Program-made: the position numbers and the translations under genes
Assembly (NCBI GenBank): GCA_018062505.1
Contig: JAGOSA010000001.1
Span: 35,434-89,521, forward strand
Source of the DNA: Minisyncoccota bacterium
GTDB taxonomy: Bacteria > Patescibacteriota > Minisyncoccia > Phycocordibacterales > UBA9973
Direction: 5' to 3'
DNA: 54,088 nt
The notes under the pieces: generated by a model
Told to the model about the DNA's origin: nothing
The model's input: only the letters and a program-made list of their open reading frames with translations
Database searches by the model: none
Part shown: positions 36,018-46,276 of the stretch, in pieces
Numbering within the stretch: the first letter of the stretch is position 1
Layout of the letters: the number at the start of each line of letters is the position of its first letter

Positions 36018-36422
36018 TTATTTGTTCTTCAATTGTATTGTATCCAAGTGCCTCTGTAAAATAATAGCTGCCGCTTTGTCGTCGATATGTTCGGCTTGCT
36101 TACCTCCTGCGCGCTTCTCAAAGTGTCGCGCTTCACTCGATGAGAAAAATTCTTGGACAAAATGAACGGGCAAACCGTACTGCATGCCGAGGATGGCCGC
36201 AAAGCCATCAATATCTTCTTGAACTTTATTTGATTGCCCCTTCAGGTCAGTAGACTTCCCTATGACAACTTCGCCAATCTTCTCTTTGGCGATGATGAGT
36301 TCAATCTGTTTGTCCTTGTCCGAAGTCGGAATAATGGCGTACGGAAATGCGATCTTGCCGTTTTCATCCGAAACCGCCAAGCCTATTTTCTTTGTGCCGT
36401 AGTCGATGCCGAGGTATTTCAT
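36018..36422 (-). CDS. ruvX: YqgF/RuvX-family putative pre-16S rRNA nuclease / Holliday junction resolvase-like
   Basis: The N-terminal MKYLGIDYGTKKIGLAVSD and the 134-aa size fit the family. Confidence 0.85.
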   Translation of the reverse strand: MKYLGIDYGTKKIGLAVSDENGKIAFPYAIIPTSDKDKQIELIIAKEKIGEVVIGKSTDLKGQSNKVQEDIDGFAAILGMQYGLPVHFVQEFFSSSEARHFEKRAGGKQAEHIDDKAAAIILQRHLDTIQLKNK

Positions 36423-36502
36423 GAGATCAGTATAGCAGACAGAACAACGCTACGCGGGCGTCGCCGGTTGTCGAAAAGGCTTTTTTAAGCTAGTATTTCC
36501 CC

Positions 36503-36772
36503 ATGGATCTATTCCTCCAGACTAGAGACCCACAGAGCTTGGCGATATTCGCTTTAGTTGTGCTTTGGATCTTTTTCTGGAAAGGTTTGGCCCTCTGGCA
36601 TGCAAGCCGCAGGGACAACAGGATGTGGTTCGTGATATTGCTCATCATCTCAACCCTGGGCATTATCGAAATCATTTACCTTTTCTTTGTGATCAAACTC
36701 AAGCCGAGCGACCTTTTCAAAAATGAGAAGATTGCAGGCGGCGCAGATAGCGAAGCAAACGAAGGTAAATAA
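36503..36772 (+). CDS. small membrane protein (DUF5652-like)
   Basis: The conserved segment LWKGLALWHASRRDNRMWFVILLIISTLGIIEIIYL is present. Confidence 0.55.
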   Translation: MDLFLQTRDPQSLAIFALVVLWIFFWKGLALWHASRRDNRMWFVILLIISTLGIIEIIYLFFVIKLKPSDLFKNEKIAGGADSEANEGK

Positions 36773-36783
36773 AAAACACGCAC

Positions 36784-36870
36784 GGAGGCGTGGCTGAGTG
36801 GTTGAAGGCACCTGTCTTGAAAACAGGAGACTGAGCAATCGGTCCGTGAGTTCGAATCTCACCGCCTCCG
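36784..36870 (+). tRNA. tRNA-Ser (anticodon TGA), long variable arm
   Basis: GGAGGCG TG GCTGAGTGGTTGAAGGC A CCTGT CTTGAAA ACAGG AGACTGAGCAATCGGTCC GTGAG TTCGAAT CTCAC CGCCTCC G. Confidence 0.9.
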
Positions 36871-36907
36871 CATTAAAAAATACACGATTACTCATGTATT
36901 TTTTTTA

Positions 36908-37306
36908 TTACATTTTCTTCAAAACCCCTTTCCTTTTCACAATATTCTTGTAATCCCACTGAATCAGTTCGGCTTTCTTGAGCCACTTTTTCAAATGCGT
37001 AATTTTGATCTCACTTACATCCATATACAATATTTCAGCAGCTTTAAACTTCCCTTCTTTCTTGAGGTCAGCTTCATCAAAACCTTGTCCACTGAAAAAC
37101 ATCAGTGCGACAGCGCCGCTCTTGCGGACAGAGTAAGAAACGATAGGATTCTCATCGATAAACCAAACGGGAGAACCATGCCAAATCTTTGATTCGCTTT
37201 TCTTGAGATGCTTGTCGATAGTAGTGCTCAAAAAAGCACAAATCTTTTTAATAGTCGGCGTCTGTTTTATATTATATTCTGGAATTGTTTTTGAAATGCT
37301 TTTCAT
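36908..37306 (-). CDS. DUF1801 (YdhG-like) domain protein
   Basis: KIWHGSPVWFIDENPIVSYSVRKSGAVALMFFSG fits the pattern of the family. Confidence 0.5.
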   Translation of the reverse strand: MKSISKTIPEYNIKQTPTIKKICAFLSTTIDKHLKKSESKIWHGSPVWFIDENPIVSYSVRKSGAVALMFFSGQGFDEADLKKEGKFKAAEILYMDVSEIKITHLKKWLKKAELIQWDYKNIVKRKGVLKKM

Positions 37307-37312
37307 AATGCT

Positions 37313-37516
37313 TTATTTTTTTTCTGCAAAATCAAAACTCGTGGTGTGAAAACAATCGCAACCTGAAACAGGACACCTTATTTCCCCACCTTTTGAGAAA
37401 TCATTTATATCGTATGCAATAACAACGTGCGGATCGAATAGATGCCCGCATTTTTTACAATTCCCATTTAAATCATCCATTTTATTTTTTTCAACCAACT
37501 CTGTTTCAGTGTTCAT
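37313..37516 (-). CDS. small zinc-ribbon-like protein (67 aa)
   Basis: The Cys/His pairs are CKKCGH ... CPVSGCDC. Confidence 0.4.
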   Translation of the reverse strand: MNTETELVEKNKMDDLNGNCKKCGHLFDPHVVIAYDINDFSKGGEIRCPVSGCDCFHTTSFDFAEKK

Positions 37517-37633
37517 TTAATATTATTTTTTACAGACTTATTCAAGAACTATATATTATTCATTTTTCTTGTAAAGTTAGCCCCTAAGTATCGTAGCTGA
37601 CACATTCCCCCATTTCTGCTAAGCTAAGCGCAT

Positions 37634-38053
37634 ATGATACCAATAAATCACCTTGCAGTTATAGTCGCTGCGGTCGCAGCATTTATCGTCGGATTCATGT
37701 TCCATGGCCCGCTTTTCGGCAAGCTCTGGATGAAGCTCGCAAACGTCACGCCAACAGGCAAAGAGAAATTCTCTGACATGTACGGACAAATGCTTACAAA
37801 CTTCGTCGTCTACATCATAACAGCATATGGATTTGCTGTTATGTACGCATTCGCATTCACATCATCGCTCCTTTGGGGCGCAACAGTAAAAACTGGTCTC
37901 GTTGCAGCATTTGTCATTTGGCTTGGATTCCTCGTCACATCAAGCTCAATGGACGTCATTTGGATGAAGCGCTCAAAAAAACTCTGGGCTTTTGAAGCAA
38001 TCAGCAGTGGTGCTGTCATGGCAGTCATGGCCCTCATCATTTCTGCTTGGTAA
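37634..38053 (+). CDS. DUF1761 membrane protein
   Basis: N-terminus INHLAVIVAAVAAFIVGFMFHGPLFGKLW with 4 TM helices. Confidence 0.6.
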   Translation: MIPINHLAVIVAAVAAFIVGFMFHGPLFGKLWMKLANVTPTGKEKFSDMYGQMLTNFVVYIITAYGFAVMYAFAFTSSLLWGATVKTGLVAAFVIWLGFLVTSSSMDVIWMKRSKKLWAFEAISSGAVMAVMALIISAW

Positions 38054-38099
38054 ATGGAGAAGCAAATCGAGATTATTATTTTCTAAAATAAAACTAAAG

Positions 38100-38131
38100 A
38101 AAAATCCGACACAATGTGCCGGATTTTTTTA
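38100..38131. terminator. bidirectional terminator
   Basis: AAAATCCG[a]CACA-a-TGTG[c]CGGATTTT hairpin followed by T7, between convergent genes. Confidence 0.7.
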
Positions 38132-38157
38132 TTGCGTATTAAGATTTCTTGAGGGTT

Positions 38158-38757
38158 TCATATTCCCCCTCTTACAGCAGCACCTCTCAGCACTTTGATC
38201 CTAAAAAGTTTCAGCAAGAACCATTCCGTCCAGTACCAAAATCGAATCGTATTAAGAACAGGATTGAGAAATTCAGTCATGACGCAAAAGTTCGTATCAT
38301 ACGGCGCTTCGTGGTGCCAGCCGTGGCTTTTGCGGCGCTGGAAAATGCCGAGCTTCTGGAGAAACGCAACGATTTTGCCATTCTCTTTCTTTGTCCTGTG
38401 AGCCATTGCGTGAACTTCGTTTGCTTGGCTCGCCATCAAGAGACAGACAACCATTTCCCATGAATGCCAACCGAGCAGCCAAAGCGCCGGCGCAATAATA
38501 CACGCCGCAACAATCGACGAACCAACGCGATAGATGTAACTTCCCTGCAGCATGTGCCGCGGCGTTTTGTGATGAATCAAGTTCGGCGCAACTAAGTATT
38601 TTCCAAGAATTGGCCAATTCGGATTGCCATACGTGTCCTGAAACCAATGAACGACTCCAGTAATGAAGTCAGCAACTAGCCAAAGGCCGAAGATTTTTAG
38701 AGCAACAATTGCGGCCGACGACGCGGATAGCATGTTCGATAGATAGTCTATTTCCAT
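38158..38757 (-). CDS. CarF/TMEM189 (Kua)-type lipid desaturase domain protein
   Basis: His boxes are HWFQD, HHKTPRHM, HAMAHR and HGWHHEAPYDTNFCVMTEF. The H..HH...P...N(F/Y)C..T tail is typical of this family. Confidence 0.6.
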   Translation of the reverse strand: MEIDYLSNMLSASSAAIVALKIFGLWLVADFITGVVHWFQDTYGNPNWPILGKYLVAPNLIHHKTPRHMLQGSYIYRVGSSIVAACIIAPALWLLGWHSWEMVVCLLMASQANEVHAMAHRTKKENGKIVAFLQKLGIFQRRKSHGWHHEAPYDTNFCVMTEFLNPVLNTIRFWYWTEWFLLKLFRIKVLRGAAVRGGI

Positions 38758-38870
38758 TTGTGCGGTTTTAAATGAGTTTCCCTAACACTACGCCAACTTG
38801 CTATTTTGTTTAATACAGTATAATAATGATTAGACAAATAGCTAAAAACCAGCAGTTTGCAACAAAACAT

Positions 38871-39635
38871 ATGAACGAACCCGAAAAATACCTCCAAAAG
38901 CTTGGCCTCTCCGAGTCTGAAACGACCGTGTATTTGCGCATGATTGCAGGCGCTCGAACGGCGCTCGATGTCATCAAGACCACCAAGATGAAGCGCCCGA
39001 CTGTCTACTACGCATTGAACTCGCTCGAGAAACGTGGCCTCGTTTCGAAGTCCGGCAAGCTTGCCGACTTTACTTTTACGCTCTCCCCGCTTGAGCGTCT
39101 GCTTGCCATAGCCAAAGAAAAAGAAGATGAAGCCGCATCGCTCACCGAACAGATTGGCGAACTCATTCCCAATCTCATTTCTTCGCCGAGCACAAAAATA
39201 GAAAAGCCTGCTGTCTCATTTTACGAAGGCATCGATGCTGTGAAGCATGTCGTCATGGATGTCATGTACTCCAAAAGCAAACAAGTCAGCCTCATCGTTC
39301 CCGAGCACACATTCTTTTGGGGTTTTGGCGAGCCATTTCTGCGGAAGTTTATCGAAGAGCGTCGGAGCCGCAACATTACGACGCGCAATCTTTGGGAAGC
39401 AGAAATCAAATCGCAAGACTACAAGCAATACTATTCTGATCTTTCGAAAGTTCGCATGCTCCCCGATGTTATGCAAGGAAAATTCAAGTCGACGATCTTT
39501 ATGTTCGACGACAAAACACTGTACGTTTCATCATATGAAAATTGCTACGCGATTTTGGTGACGTCGCAAGAGCACACAGACACAATGTCGGCATTGTTTG
39601 AAGGGCTTTGGATCAATGCAAAACCGCATTCCTAA
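38871..39635 (+). CDS. TrmB-family transcriptional regulator
   Basis: LQKLGLSESETTVYLRMIAG...MKRPTVYYALNSLEKRGLVS forms the winged HTH. Start taken at MNEPEKYLQ. Confidence 0.7.
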   Translation: MNEPEKYLQKLGLSESETTVYLRMIAGARTALDVIKTTKMKRPTVYYALNSLEKRGLVSKSGKLADFTFTLSPLERLLAIAKEKEDEAASLTEQIGELIPNLISSPSTKIEKPAVSFYEGIDAVKHVVMDVMYSKSKQVSLIVPEHTFFWGFGEPFLRKFIEERRSRNITTRNLWEAEIKSQDYKQYYSDLSKVRMLPDVMQGKFKSTIFMFDDKTLYVSSYENCYAILVTSQEHTDTMSALFEGLWINAKPHS

Positions 39636-39643
39636 AATGAGGG

Positions 39644-40345
39644 CTATTTATCCTCCTCGCGCTTTTCTTTAATCATTCGCGAGAGCTCTACCTCTCCGAG
39701 TTCATGATCGCCGCGATGTCGGCGGACACTATCTTTCATATCTTTCCAGAAATCTTTTTTGTATTTCATGTTGATCAAGAAAATGACAAGCGCCGCAAGA
39801 ACTGCACCACACAGAGCGAGCGCCATATCTTTTTGCGCATCCCAAATGTCGCCTTGGCTGCCGAGGAAAGCGAGGCCAGCTGCAGGATCAACACTCGCCG
39901 CTGCGCGCCATTCGATTATTTCATAGAGGGCAGAAAACGAACCCCAGAGGTCGATCGGAATAATGTATGACCAAATACCTTTTACCCTCGCCAAGCGCAT
40001 GAACATTTCGCGGATCGGATAGAACAAGAGGAAGCCGCAGAGGAAGTGAACCATTCTGTCGTACATGTTGCGAGAAGCACCGAACCATTCCTGCAAGGTA
40101 TTTCCAAATGGCACGTGCTCGTATGTATAGTGCGAACCGATAACGTGGAGCATTAGGAAAACAGTGAGGAGCGTGTAAGACACTTTAGAAAGTTTGAAAA
40201 AGTAGCCGAGTCCAATGATGATTGGCACAAAAATGAATACCAGATAATTCTCGAGCAGCCAGTCATGAGGGAAAACCGGATTGATCGCTGCCCAAATCCA
40301 AACTGCCAAGAAAGCCACAATCAGGAAGATATGATATTTTTTCAT
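39644..40345 (-). CDS. DUF2238 (YjdF-like) membrane protein
   Basis: Start at MKKYHIFLIVAFLAVWIWAAINP. YDRMVHFLCGFLLFYPIRE fits the pattern of the family. Confidence 0.55.
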   Translation of the reverse strand: MKKYHIFLIVAFLAVWIWAAINPVFPHDWLLENYLVFIFVPIIIGLGYFFKLSKVSYTLLTVFLMLHVIGSHYTYEHVPFGNTLQEWFGASRNMYDRMVHFLCGFLLFYPIREMFMRLARVKGIWSYIIPIDLWGSFSALYEIIEWRAAASVDPAAGLAFLGSQGDIWDAQKDMALALCGAVLAALVIFLINMKYKKDFWKDMKDSVRRHRGDHELGEVELSRMIKEKREEDK

Positions 40346-40427
40346 GCTGTAAGTGTAGAATGCCAGCTCTCGTTTAGCAACATGCTCCTGTGGCAAAAGC
40401 GGCTGTGGTAAAATAGGCAGACAATAT

Positions 40428-41315
40428 ATGTCACAAGAAAACCCAAACCAGCAATCGAATTCGCAACCAGAATCAGGCCAACCTGAAAATCAGGAAACAA
40501 AAAATCTTTCTTTCGAAGAGAAGATACTTCCCTTCCAGCTTGAGTACGCAGCAAGAATTTGGGAAGGAAAAACCCCTGCCCCCGACTGGGGCGACAGAGG
40601 GGAAAGTTTCGAAGGGGTACTCGATGCGGTTACCGATGTAGGCAGTAAGATTGCTGATGCTTTTGAAAAACACATTGGAGGAATATCGGAAGATCAAGAT
40701 GCCTATATGCATTATTACGATGGGGTTCTCGGAAAAATTAAAGAGCAGTATGAAAGAAATCCAGAAGCATGGACTGGCAGCATTGATAGTATTATTCAAA
40801 ATGAACTGGTTAATGTTCCAGTAGATTTACCGTCGCACGAACCTCGTGGGCCTGGGAGAGCACGCGAAGGTGCTATTCGCTATATTATAGGACCTGCTGG
40901 GGAAACTTTTGAAGGAAATGGAATACTCGAAACAGACGAAATTCTATTGCTCCATTTTGATCACATTGATCCGACCTCAAATTCTTCTTCTCAAGACTCG
41001 TTGCGCAAGTTGGCAGCTGAAATAATAAAAAATCACCCAAATATAAAAGCAATCGTTGCCGACTCTTGGCTAATGGATACAGGTATCGCAAAAGCAATGG
41101 GTTTTTCTACTCACGACATTGCTGAACATCTCCATGGCGAAACTTTTTGGGGACAATTTTATGATAAGTATGGAAATATTAAAGAGGAAGAAATGAAAGC
41201 ATTTCTGGAAACAGGTAGGGCAAAATATAAAATCAAAGGCGGCATCATGCCTATTGAACAATTCCTCGAAAAATACGGACCAAAGAATGATGAGAAGAAT
41301 CTGAACAAAAGTTAA
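40428..41315 (+). CDS. hypothetical protein
   Basis: 295-aa ORF with a Q/N/E-rich N-terminus and no recognisable motif. Confidence 0.4.
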   Translation: MSQENPNQQSNSQPESGQPENQETKNLSFEEKILPFQLEYAARIWEGKTPAPDWGDRGESFEGVLDAVTDVGSKIADAFEKHIGGISEDQDAYMHYYDGVLGKIKEQYERNPEAWTGSIDSIIQNELVNVPVDLPSHEPRGPGRAREGAIRYIIGPAGETFEGNGILETDEILLLHFDHIDPTSNSSSQDSLRKLAAEIIKNHPNIKAIVADSWLMDTGIAKAMGFSTHDIAEHLHGETFWGQFYDKYGNIKEEEMKAFLETGRAKYKIKGGIMPIEQFLEKYGPKNDEKNLNKS

Positions 41316-41322
41316 AGTAAAA

Positions 41323-42153
41323 ATGAAATCGATCCTTTCCCTCTCCTCACTCAAAAAAGAAATCCGCTCTCTCGGAACACCTGAGCGCGCGGAAGCTTGC
41401 GCATGGTTTTTCAAAACCGGAGCTGGTCAGTACGGCGAAGGCGATATTTTTCTCGGGCTGACTGTTCCGGCACAGCGCACGATCGCCAAAAAGTACGCCG
41501 ACCTTCCCCTCTCAGACGTCGAAAGTCTTCTACAATCAAAGGAACATGAATTCCGCCTGACTGCGCTCATTATTTTGGTTGGGCAATACAAAAATGCTGA
41601 CAAAATAAAAGATGAAAAAGGTGCGGCAAAAATCAAAAAGCAGATTTTCAACCTCTATCTCAAAAATACAAAATGGATCAACAACTGGGATCTCGTCGAC
41701 ACAAGCGCTGGATACATTGTCGGCGACTACTTGCTCAACCTCACCGAGAAAACTGCCGAAGCCACAAAAATGAAAATCCTGACGAAGCTCGCCAAATCAA
41801 AACTGCTTTGGGGTCGACGCATTGCAATCGTTTCGACTTCGGCATTCATCAATCGCGGACGTCATGAGGAAACAATCGCCATCGCCAAGCTTCTCCTCCA
41901 GCTGCCGAACGGCAAACCAGAACACGACCTCATCCACAAAGCGACCGGCTGGATGCTTCGCGAAGTCGGTAAGCGCGCTTCACTCGAAGCCCTGCTCGCC
42001 TTTCTCCATCAGTACGGACCAGATATGCCGCGCACAATGCTTCGCTATGCAATCGAAAAATTTTCGCCTGCCGAGCGAAAAATGTATTTGAGTATGCCGA
42101 GCAGAGTTGCGAGTCAGAAAATTGCCAGAAAGCTAATTTCTAAAAATAAATAA
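41323..42153 (+). CDS. DNA alkylation repair protein (AlkD/AlkC-like HEAT-repeat glycosylase family)
   Basis: PERAEACAWFFKTG, EHEFRLTALIIL, WINNWDLVD and HDLIHKATGWMLREVGKR are present. Confidence 0.75.
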   Translation: MKSILSLSSLKKEIRSLGTPERAEACAWFFKTGAGQYGEGDIFLGLTVPAQRTIAKKYADLPLSDVESLLQSKEHEFRLTALIILVGQYKNADKIKDEKGAAKIKKQIFNLYLKNTKWINNWDLVDTSAGYIVGDYLLNLTEKTAEATKMKILTKLAKSKLLWGRRIAIVSTSAFINRGRHEETIAIAKLLLQLPNGKPEHDLIHKATGWMLREVGKRASLEALLAFLHQYGPDMPRTMLRYAIEKFSPAERKMYLSMPSRVASQKIARKLISKNK

Positions 42154-42210
42154 TTTCAATAATAAATTCTCTGCACCGATTCTTGTTTTGTTCTATAATG
42201 GAGCAACACT

Positions 42211-43764
42211 ATGAAAAAATTCTCAACAATACTTAAGAAATTCGGCAGTTTTGCAAAGACCAAAAAAGGAATAGCTATCATTGCGGCGATCATCATCGTT
42301 GTCATCATTATTGTGAGCGGCGGCAAAAAGGAAAACCTCCAGCAGGTTGCCGTCACTAAAGGCACAATCAATGAAACTGTTTCAATCACTGGCAATACTT
42401 CCCCAGTCGAAAGCGTCGACCTCAGCTTCGGCAGCAGCGGCATCGTTTCTCGCGTCGACAAAACTGTCGGCACAAAAGTTACAAAAGGCCAGCTCATTGC
42501 GCAGCTCAATTCAAGCGACCTCGGCGCGCAAGCAAATCAGGCTCAGGCAAACCTTGCTGCACAACAGGCCAAGCTCGAAGGAATTCAAGCAGGTTCTCGC
42601 CCTGAGGATATTGCTTCTTCGCAAGCCGCACTCGACAAAGCCAAGCAAGATCTCGACAACCTCTACGCAAGCATCACTGACACTTCAAACGATTCATATG
42701 CCAAAGCAAACGACGCTGTCCGTGCGCAGATCGATCCTCTTTTCTACGACGACGAAACGCAAAAGCCGCAGCTTACTTATTCGACAAGCTCGCCTGTTGA
42801 CGCGCTGATCACTCGCCGCATTGCCGCATCTGTCACTCTCAACTCATGGCAGACAAGCGGACAAGAGTCGCAGCTCAGCAAAAATATTTCTGACCTCTCA
42901 ACTATCCGAACAATGCTCGACCTTGCAGCGAAAAGCCTCGACCAGTCTATCAACATCGACGCGACAACGCTCGCTGCGTACAAAGCTGCAGTTACTGCCG
43001 CAACAAGTGCCGTCAACCTTGCTTCAAAAAATCTCAATACACTTTCGCAAAACATCTCTTCGCAAAAGCTCACCATCAACCAGCTCCAAGCTCAGCTCGA
43101 TCTCAAGCGCGCAGGTTCGACTCCGCAGGACATTTCAGCTCAGATGGCGCAAGTCGCAAGCGCGCAGGCTGCCCTACAGAGCGCCTACGCAAAGCTCAGC
43201 AACAACAGAATCGTCTCTCCGATCAATGGCGTCATTACTAAAATCGATGCCAAAGTCGGACAGCTCGCAACAACTGGCACGCCGCTCGTTTCGATCATTT
43301 CCGACAGCGCTTTCGAAGTAAATGCCCTCATTTCCGAAATCGACATAGGTAAAGTTGCGATCGACAACAGTGTTTCGATGACGCTTGACGCCTTCCCTAG
43401 CGAAACATTTGCCGGAACAGTTTTCTATATTGATCCAGCGCAGACTTCTACTGATGGCGTCGTCGGCTACAAGATCAAGATTTCATTTGATACTGCTGAT
43501 CCGAGAATGAAGAGCGGACTCACTGCCAACATCGACATCAAAACTCGCTCAAAAGAAAATGTTTTGATTTTGCCGCAGTATGCGATTTTGCAGAATGACG
43601 ATGGTGTCTTTGTCCAAGTTCTCGATGAAAATAAAAAAGGAAAAGACAAGACAGTCGACTTGCCAGTTACTCTTGGCCTCCAAGATCAAGACGGCAATGT
43701 CGAAATCACTTCTGGTGTCAGCGAGGGTCAGCAAGTCGTGAATATCGGACTCAAGCAAAAATAA
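42211..43764 (+). CDS. HlyD/MacA-type periplasmic adaptor (membrane fusion) protein
   Basis: N-terminal TM helix, a long coiled-coil hairpin (Q/A-rich), a lipoyl-like SPINGVITKIDAKVGQ and a beta-barrel tail. Confidence 0.75.
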   Translation: MKKFSTILKKFGSFAKTKKGIAIIAAIIIVVIIIVSGGKKENLQQVAVTKGTINETVSITGNTSPVESVDLSFGSSGIVSRVDKTVGTKVTKGQLIAQLNSSDLGAQANQAQANLAAQQAKLEGIQAGSRPEDIASSQAALDKAKQDLDNLYASITDTSNDSYAKANDAVRAQIDPLFYDDETQKPQLTYSTSSPVDALITRRIAASVTLNSWQTSGQESQLSKNISDLSTIRTMLDLAAKSLDQSINIDATTLAAYKAAVTAATSAVNLASKNLNTLSQNISSQKLTINQLQAQLDLKRAGSTPQDISAQMAQVASAQAALQSAYAKLSNNRIVSPINGVITKIDAKVGQLATTGTPLVSIISDSAFEVNALISEIDIGKVAIDNSVSMTLDAFPSETFAGTVFYIDPAQTSTDGVVGYKIKISFDTADPRMKSGLTANIDIKTRSKENVLILPQYAILQNDDGVFVQVLDENKKGKDKTVDLPVTLGLQDQDGNVEITSGVSEGQQVVNIGLKQK

Positions 43765-43765
43765 T

Positions 43766-44485
43766 ATGCAAATGATAGAGGTGCGAGGCCTCAAAAAAGA
43801 ATACTTGCAGGAAGAAGTGCCGACACTTGCGCTTCGCGGCGTTGATATTTCGATCAAGCAAGGAGAATTCGTGTCGATCATGGGACCGTCTGGTTCTGGC
43901 AAGTCGACGCTCCTCCACATTTTGAGCTTTCTCGATCGCCCAACTGGCGGTTCATATGAATTTATCGGACGCAAAATGGATCAAATGGACGACCAAGAGC
44001 TCGCGCATGTCCGCAACAAAGACATGGGCTTCGTTTTCCAGTCTTTCAATCTTCTATCGCGCCAAACTGTCTACGATAATGTTGAAATTCCGCTGCTCTA
44101 TTCGTCAGACATTTCTCCATCGCAGAGAAAGCAGAAAGTAGAAGATGCAGTTCGCTCTGTTGGACTCGAAGAAAAATTGCTGACAGAGGCTGGCAGACTT
44201 TCTGGCGGACAGAAGCAGCGCGTCGCTATTGCCCGTGCACTCGTCACTGATCCGAATATCATTTTTGCAGACGAACCAACGGGAAACCTCGACTCAGCTT
44301 CTGGTTTGCAAGTCATGGAGGTTTTGAAAGAGCTGCACGAAAAAGGGCGCACGATTGTGCTCGTCACGCACGAAACGCAGACAGCCGAATTTGCCAACCG
44401 TATCATCCGCATCAAAGATGGCTTGGTCGAAAGCGACAAAGTCGTCGAGAAGTCGCACAAGCACAAGCTGGCATCTCTCAAATAA
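43766..44485 (+). CDS. ABC transporter ATP-binding protein (MacB/LolD type)
   Basis: Walker A is GPSGSGKSTLL, the signature LSGGQKQRVAIARAL and Walker B IIFADEPTGNLD. Confidence 0.9.
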   Translation: MQMIEVRGLKKEYLQEEVPTLALRGVDISIKQGEFVSIMGPSGSGKSTLLHILSFLDRPTGGSYEFIGRKMDQMDDQELAHVRNKDMGFVFQSFNLLSRQTVYDNVEIPLLYSSDISPSQRKQKVEDAVRSVGLEEKLLTEAGRLSGGQKQRVAIARALVTDPNIIFADEPTGNLDSASGLQVMEVLKELHEKGRTIVLVTHETQTAEFANRIIRIKDGLVESDKVVEKSHKHKLASLK

Positions 44486-44547
44486 GGCCTCACTTAAATA
44501 AACCTGAATTAAAGTTAAAATTTCGATCAAATATAAAATAAATTTCC

Positions 44548-45795
44548 ATGTTATACAGAGACGCATTCAAAACTGCAACAAGATCGCTCACGCAAGGCAA
44601 AATGCGCTCTTTCCTGACGATGCTCGGTATTGTCATCGGCATCGCTTCGGTCATTCTCCTCATGTCGATCGGCGAATCGGCACAGAAGCTCATCATTGGG
44701 CAAGTTGAAGGCGTCGGCTCTAACCTCATGTACGTCGTACCAGGGGCGCCTTCTGGCGACGGCTTCTCTTCTCCTGCTTCATCGCAAGGTATCGTCATTA
44801 CAAGCCTCGTACAGCGCGACATTGATGCGCTCTACCGCGAGCCATCCGTCGTTGGCGCTGCCGGTGAAGTTCGCGGCCAAGGCGAAATCGTATACGCAAC
44901 GCAAAACAAAACGATTAGCTTTGTTGGAGTGACCGAAGACTACTTCAGCGTCCAAAACATGGATATCGGAGAAGGCCGCGCTTTTTCCAAGGGAGATATT
45001 GATTCAGGGAACCACGTTGCAATCCTCGGACCTGATCTAGCAGAAGAACTCTTTGGGCCAAACGTCACGCCAACCAACAAGAACATCCGCCTCAAAAACA
45101 TTTCATTTAGAGTAATTGGCATACTGGAAAAAGGCGGCACTGGCGCATTTGGTGTCGACCAAGGCAATTTGGTCATCTTGCCTGTCTCAGTTGTCCAGAA
45201 ACAAATGCTCGGCATCAACTATTTCAACGATGTCATCGTCAAAGGCAATGCTGACTATGAGCTCTCTTTTGTGAAATCCCGCGTCACATCTGTCCTTCGA
45301 CAAAATCACGGCATCACAGAATCAAAGAAAGACGACTTTGATATTAGAACTCAGGAAGATATTTTGGAAATTCTCGGCAGCATCACTTCGGTGCTCACAC
45401 TTTTCCTTGCGGCCATCGCTTCAATCTCGCTTGTCGTCGGCGGCATCGGCATCATGAACATCATGCTCGTTGCTGTTACTGAGCGAACTCGCGAAATTGG
45501 ACTTAGAAAAGCAGTAGGTGCCACTGACAAAGATATTCTTCAGCAATTCTTGATCGAGTCTATGCTACTCACGCTCGTCGGTGGGCTGATCGGTATCGCT
45601 CTTGGCGCAGCACTCGTCGGCATTACCTATTTTGCAATCTCAACTTTTGCCGACATCGACTGGGTTTTCGCTTTCCCTATCAAAGCTGTTCTCCTCGCTC
45701 TCAGTGTTTCTACTTTGTCAGGATTGATCTTTGGTATCTACCCTGCCCGCAAGGCCGGCAGGAAGAATCCGATTGATGCTCTGAGGTACGAATAG
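44548..45795 (+). CDS. ABC transporter permease (MacB_PCD + FtsX domains)
   Basis: N-terminus RSFLTMLGIVIGIASVI, a large periplasmic domain, and the C-terminal FtsX segment ERTREIGLRKAVGA. Confidence 0.85.
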   Translation: MLYRDAFKTATRSLTQGKMRSFLTMLGIVIGIASVILLMSIGESAQKLIIGQVEGVGSNLMYVVPGAPSGDGFSSPASSQGIVITSLVQRDIDALYREPSVVGAAGEVRGQGEIVYATQNKTISFVGVTEDYFSVQNMDIGEGRAFSKGDIDSGNHVAILGPDLAEELFGPNVTPTNKNIRLKNISFRVIGILEKGGTGAFGVDQGNLVILPVSVVQKQMLGINYFNDVIVKGNADYELSFVKSRVTSVLRQNHGITESKKDDFDIRTQEDILEILGSITSVLTLFLAAIASISLVVGGIGIMNIMLVAVTERTREIGLRKAVGATDKDILQQFLIESMLLTLVGGLIGIALGAALVGITYFAISTFADIDWVFAFPIKAVLLALSVSTLSGLIFGIYPARKAGRKNPIDALRYE

Positions 45796-45877
45796 TTTCT
45801 ACATATTTAAAAATGGAATAAAAAAAATGTCTGATCGTTATGATCAGACATTTTGTATTCGTACTTCAATTTTCATT

Positions 45878-46276
45878 CTACTTCAAACGCTTCTTGTCGA
45901 TTTTCCAACTAACAAGAAGCAAAAACCCAGCAATAATCCCTGCTGTTAAATACTGCATGCCCCTATCGCTCAGTGGCAGCAATTGCACAATAAGCACTGC
46001 TGGTAAAACACTCAAGCTTGTCAAAAAGAGCACTAAAAAATTGTATGTTGCAGGATCTTTTTCTTGTTTTGCTTTTGTGTGGTAGTTGCCTTTAAACAAA
46101 AACACGATGCCTGTTATTGCAGTAGCTAACTGTATAATCATTGGTCCAACTTTTGTAGTTATGTACCCAAGATAATAGAGAATGGTGCCAACAACAATAA
46201 AAACAAGTAAGCAATTACTTACTATATTTACTATTCCCATTAAGGAGATTTTAGGTAGACGTTTATTTGCTATCAT
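45878..46276 (-). CDS. hypothetical 4-TM membrane protein
   Basis: Hydrophobic 132-aa ORF with no motif. Confidence 0.4.
   Translation of the reverse strand: MIANKRLPKISLMGIVNIVSNCLLVFIVVGTILYYLGYITTKVGPMIIQLATAITGIVFLFKGNYHTKAKQEKDPATYNFLVLFLTSLSVLPAVLIVQLLPLSDRGMQYLTAGIIAGFLLLVSWKIDKKRLK

Noticed and set aside
42211-45795. MacA/MacB-like efflux set as a novel system
   Set aside because: It is a standard adaptor + ATPase + FtsX-permease arrangement with all canonical motifs, so it is treated as ordinary.
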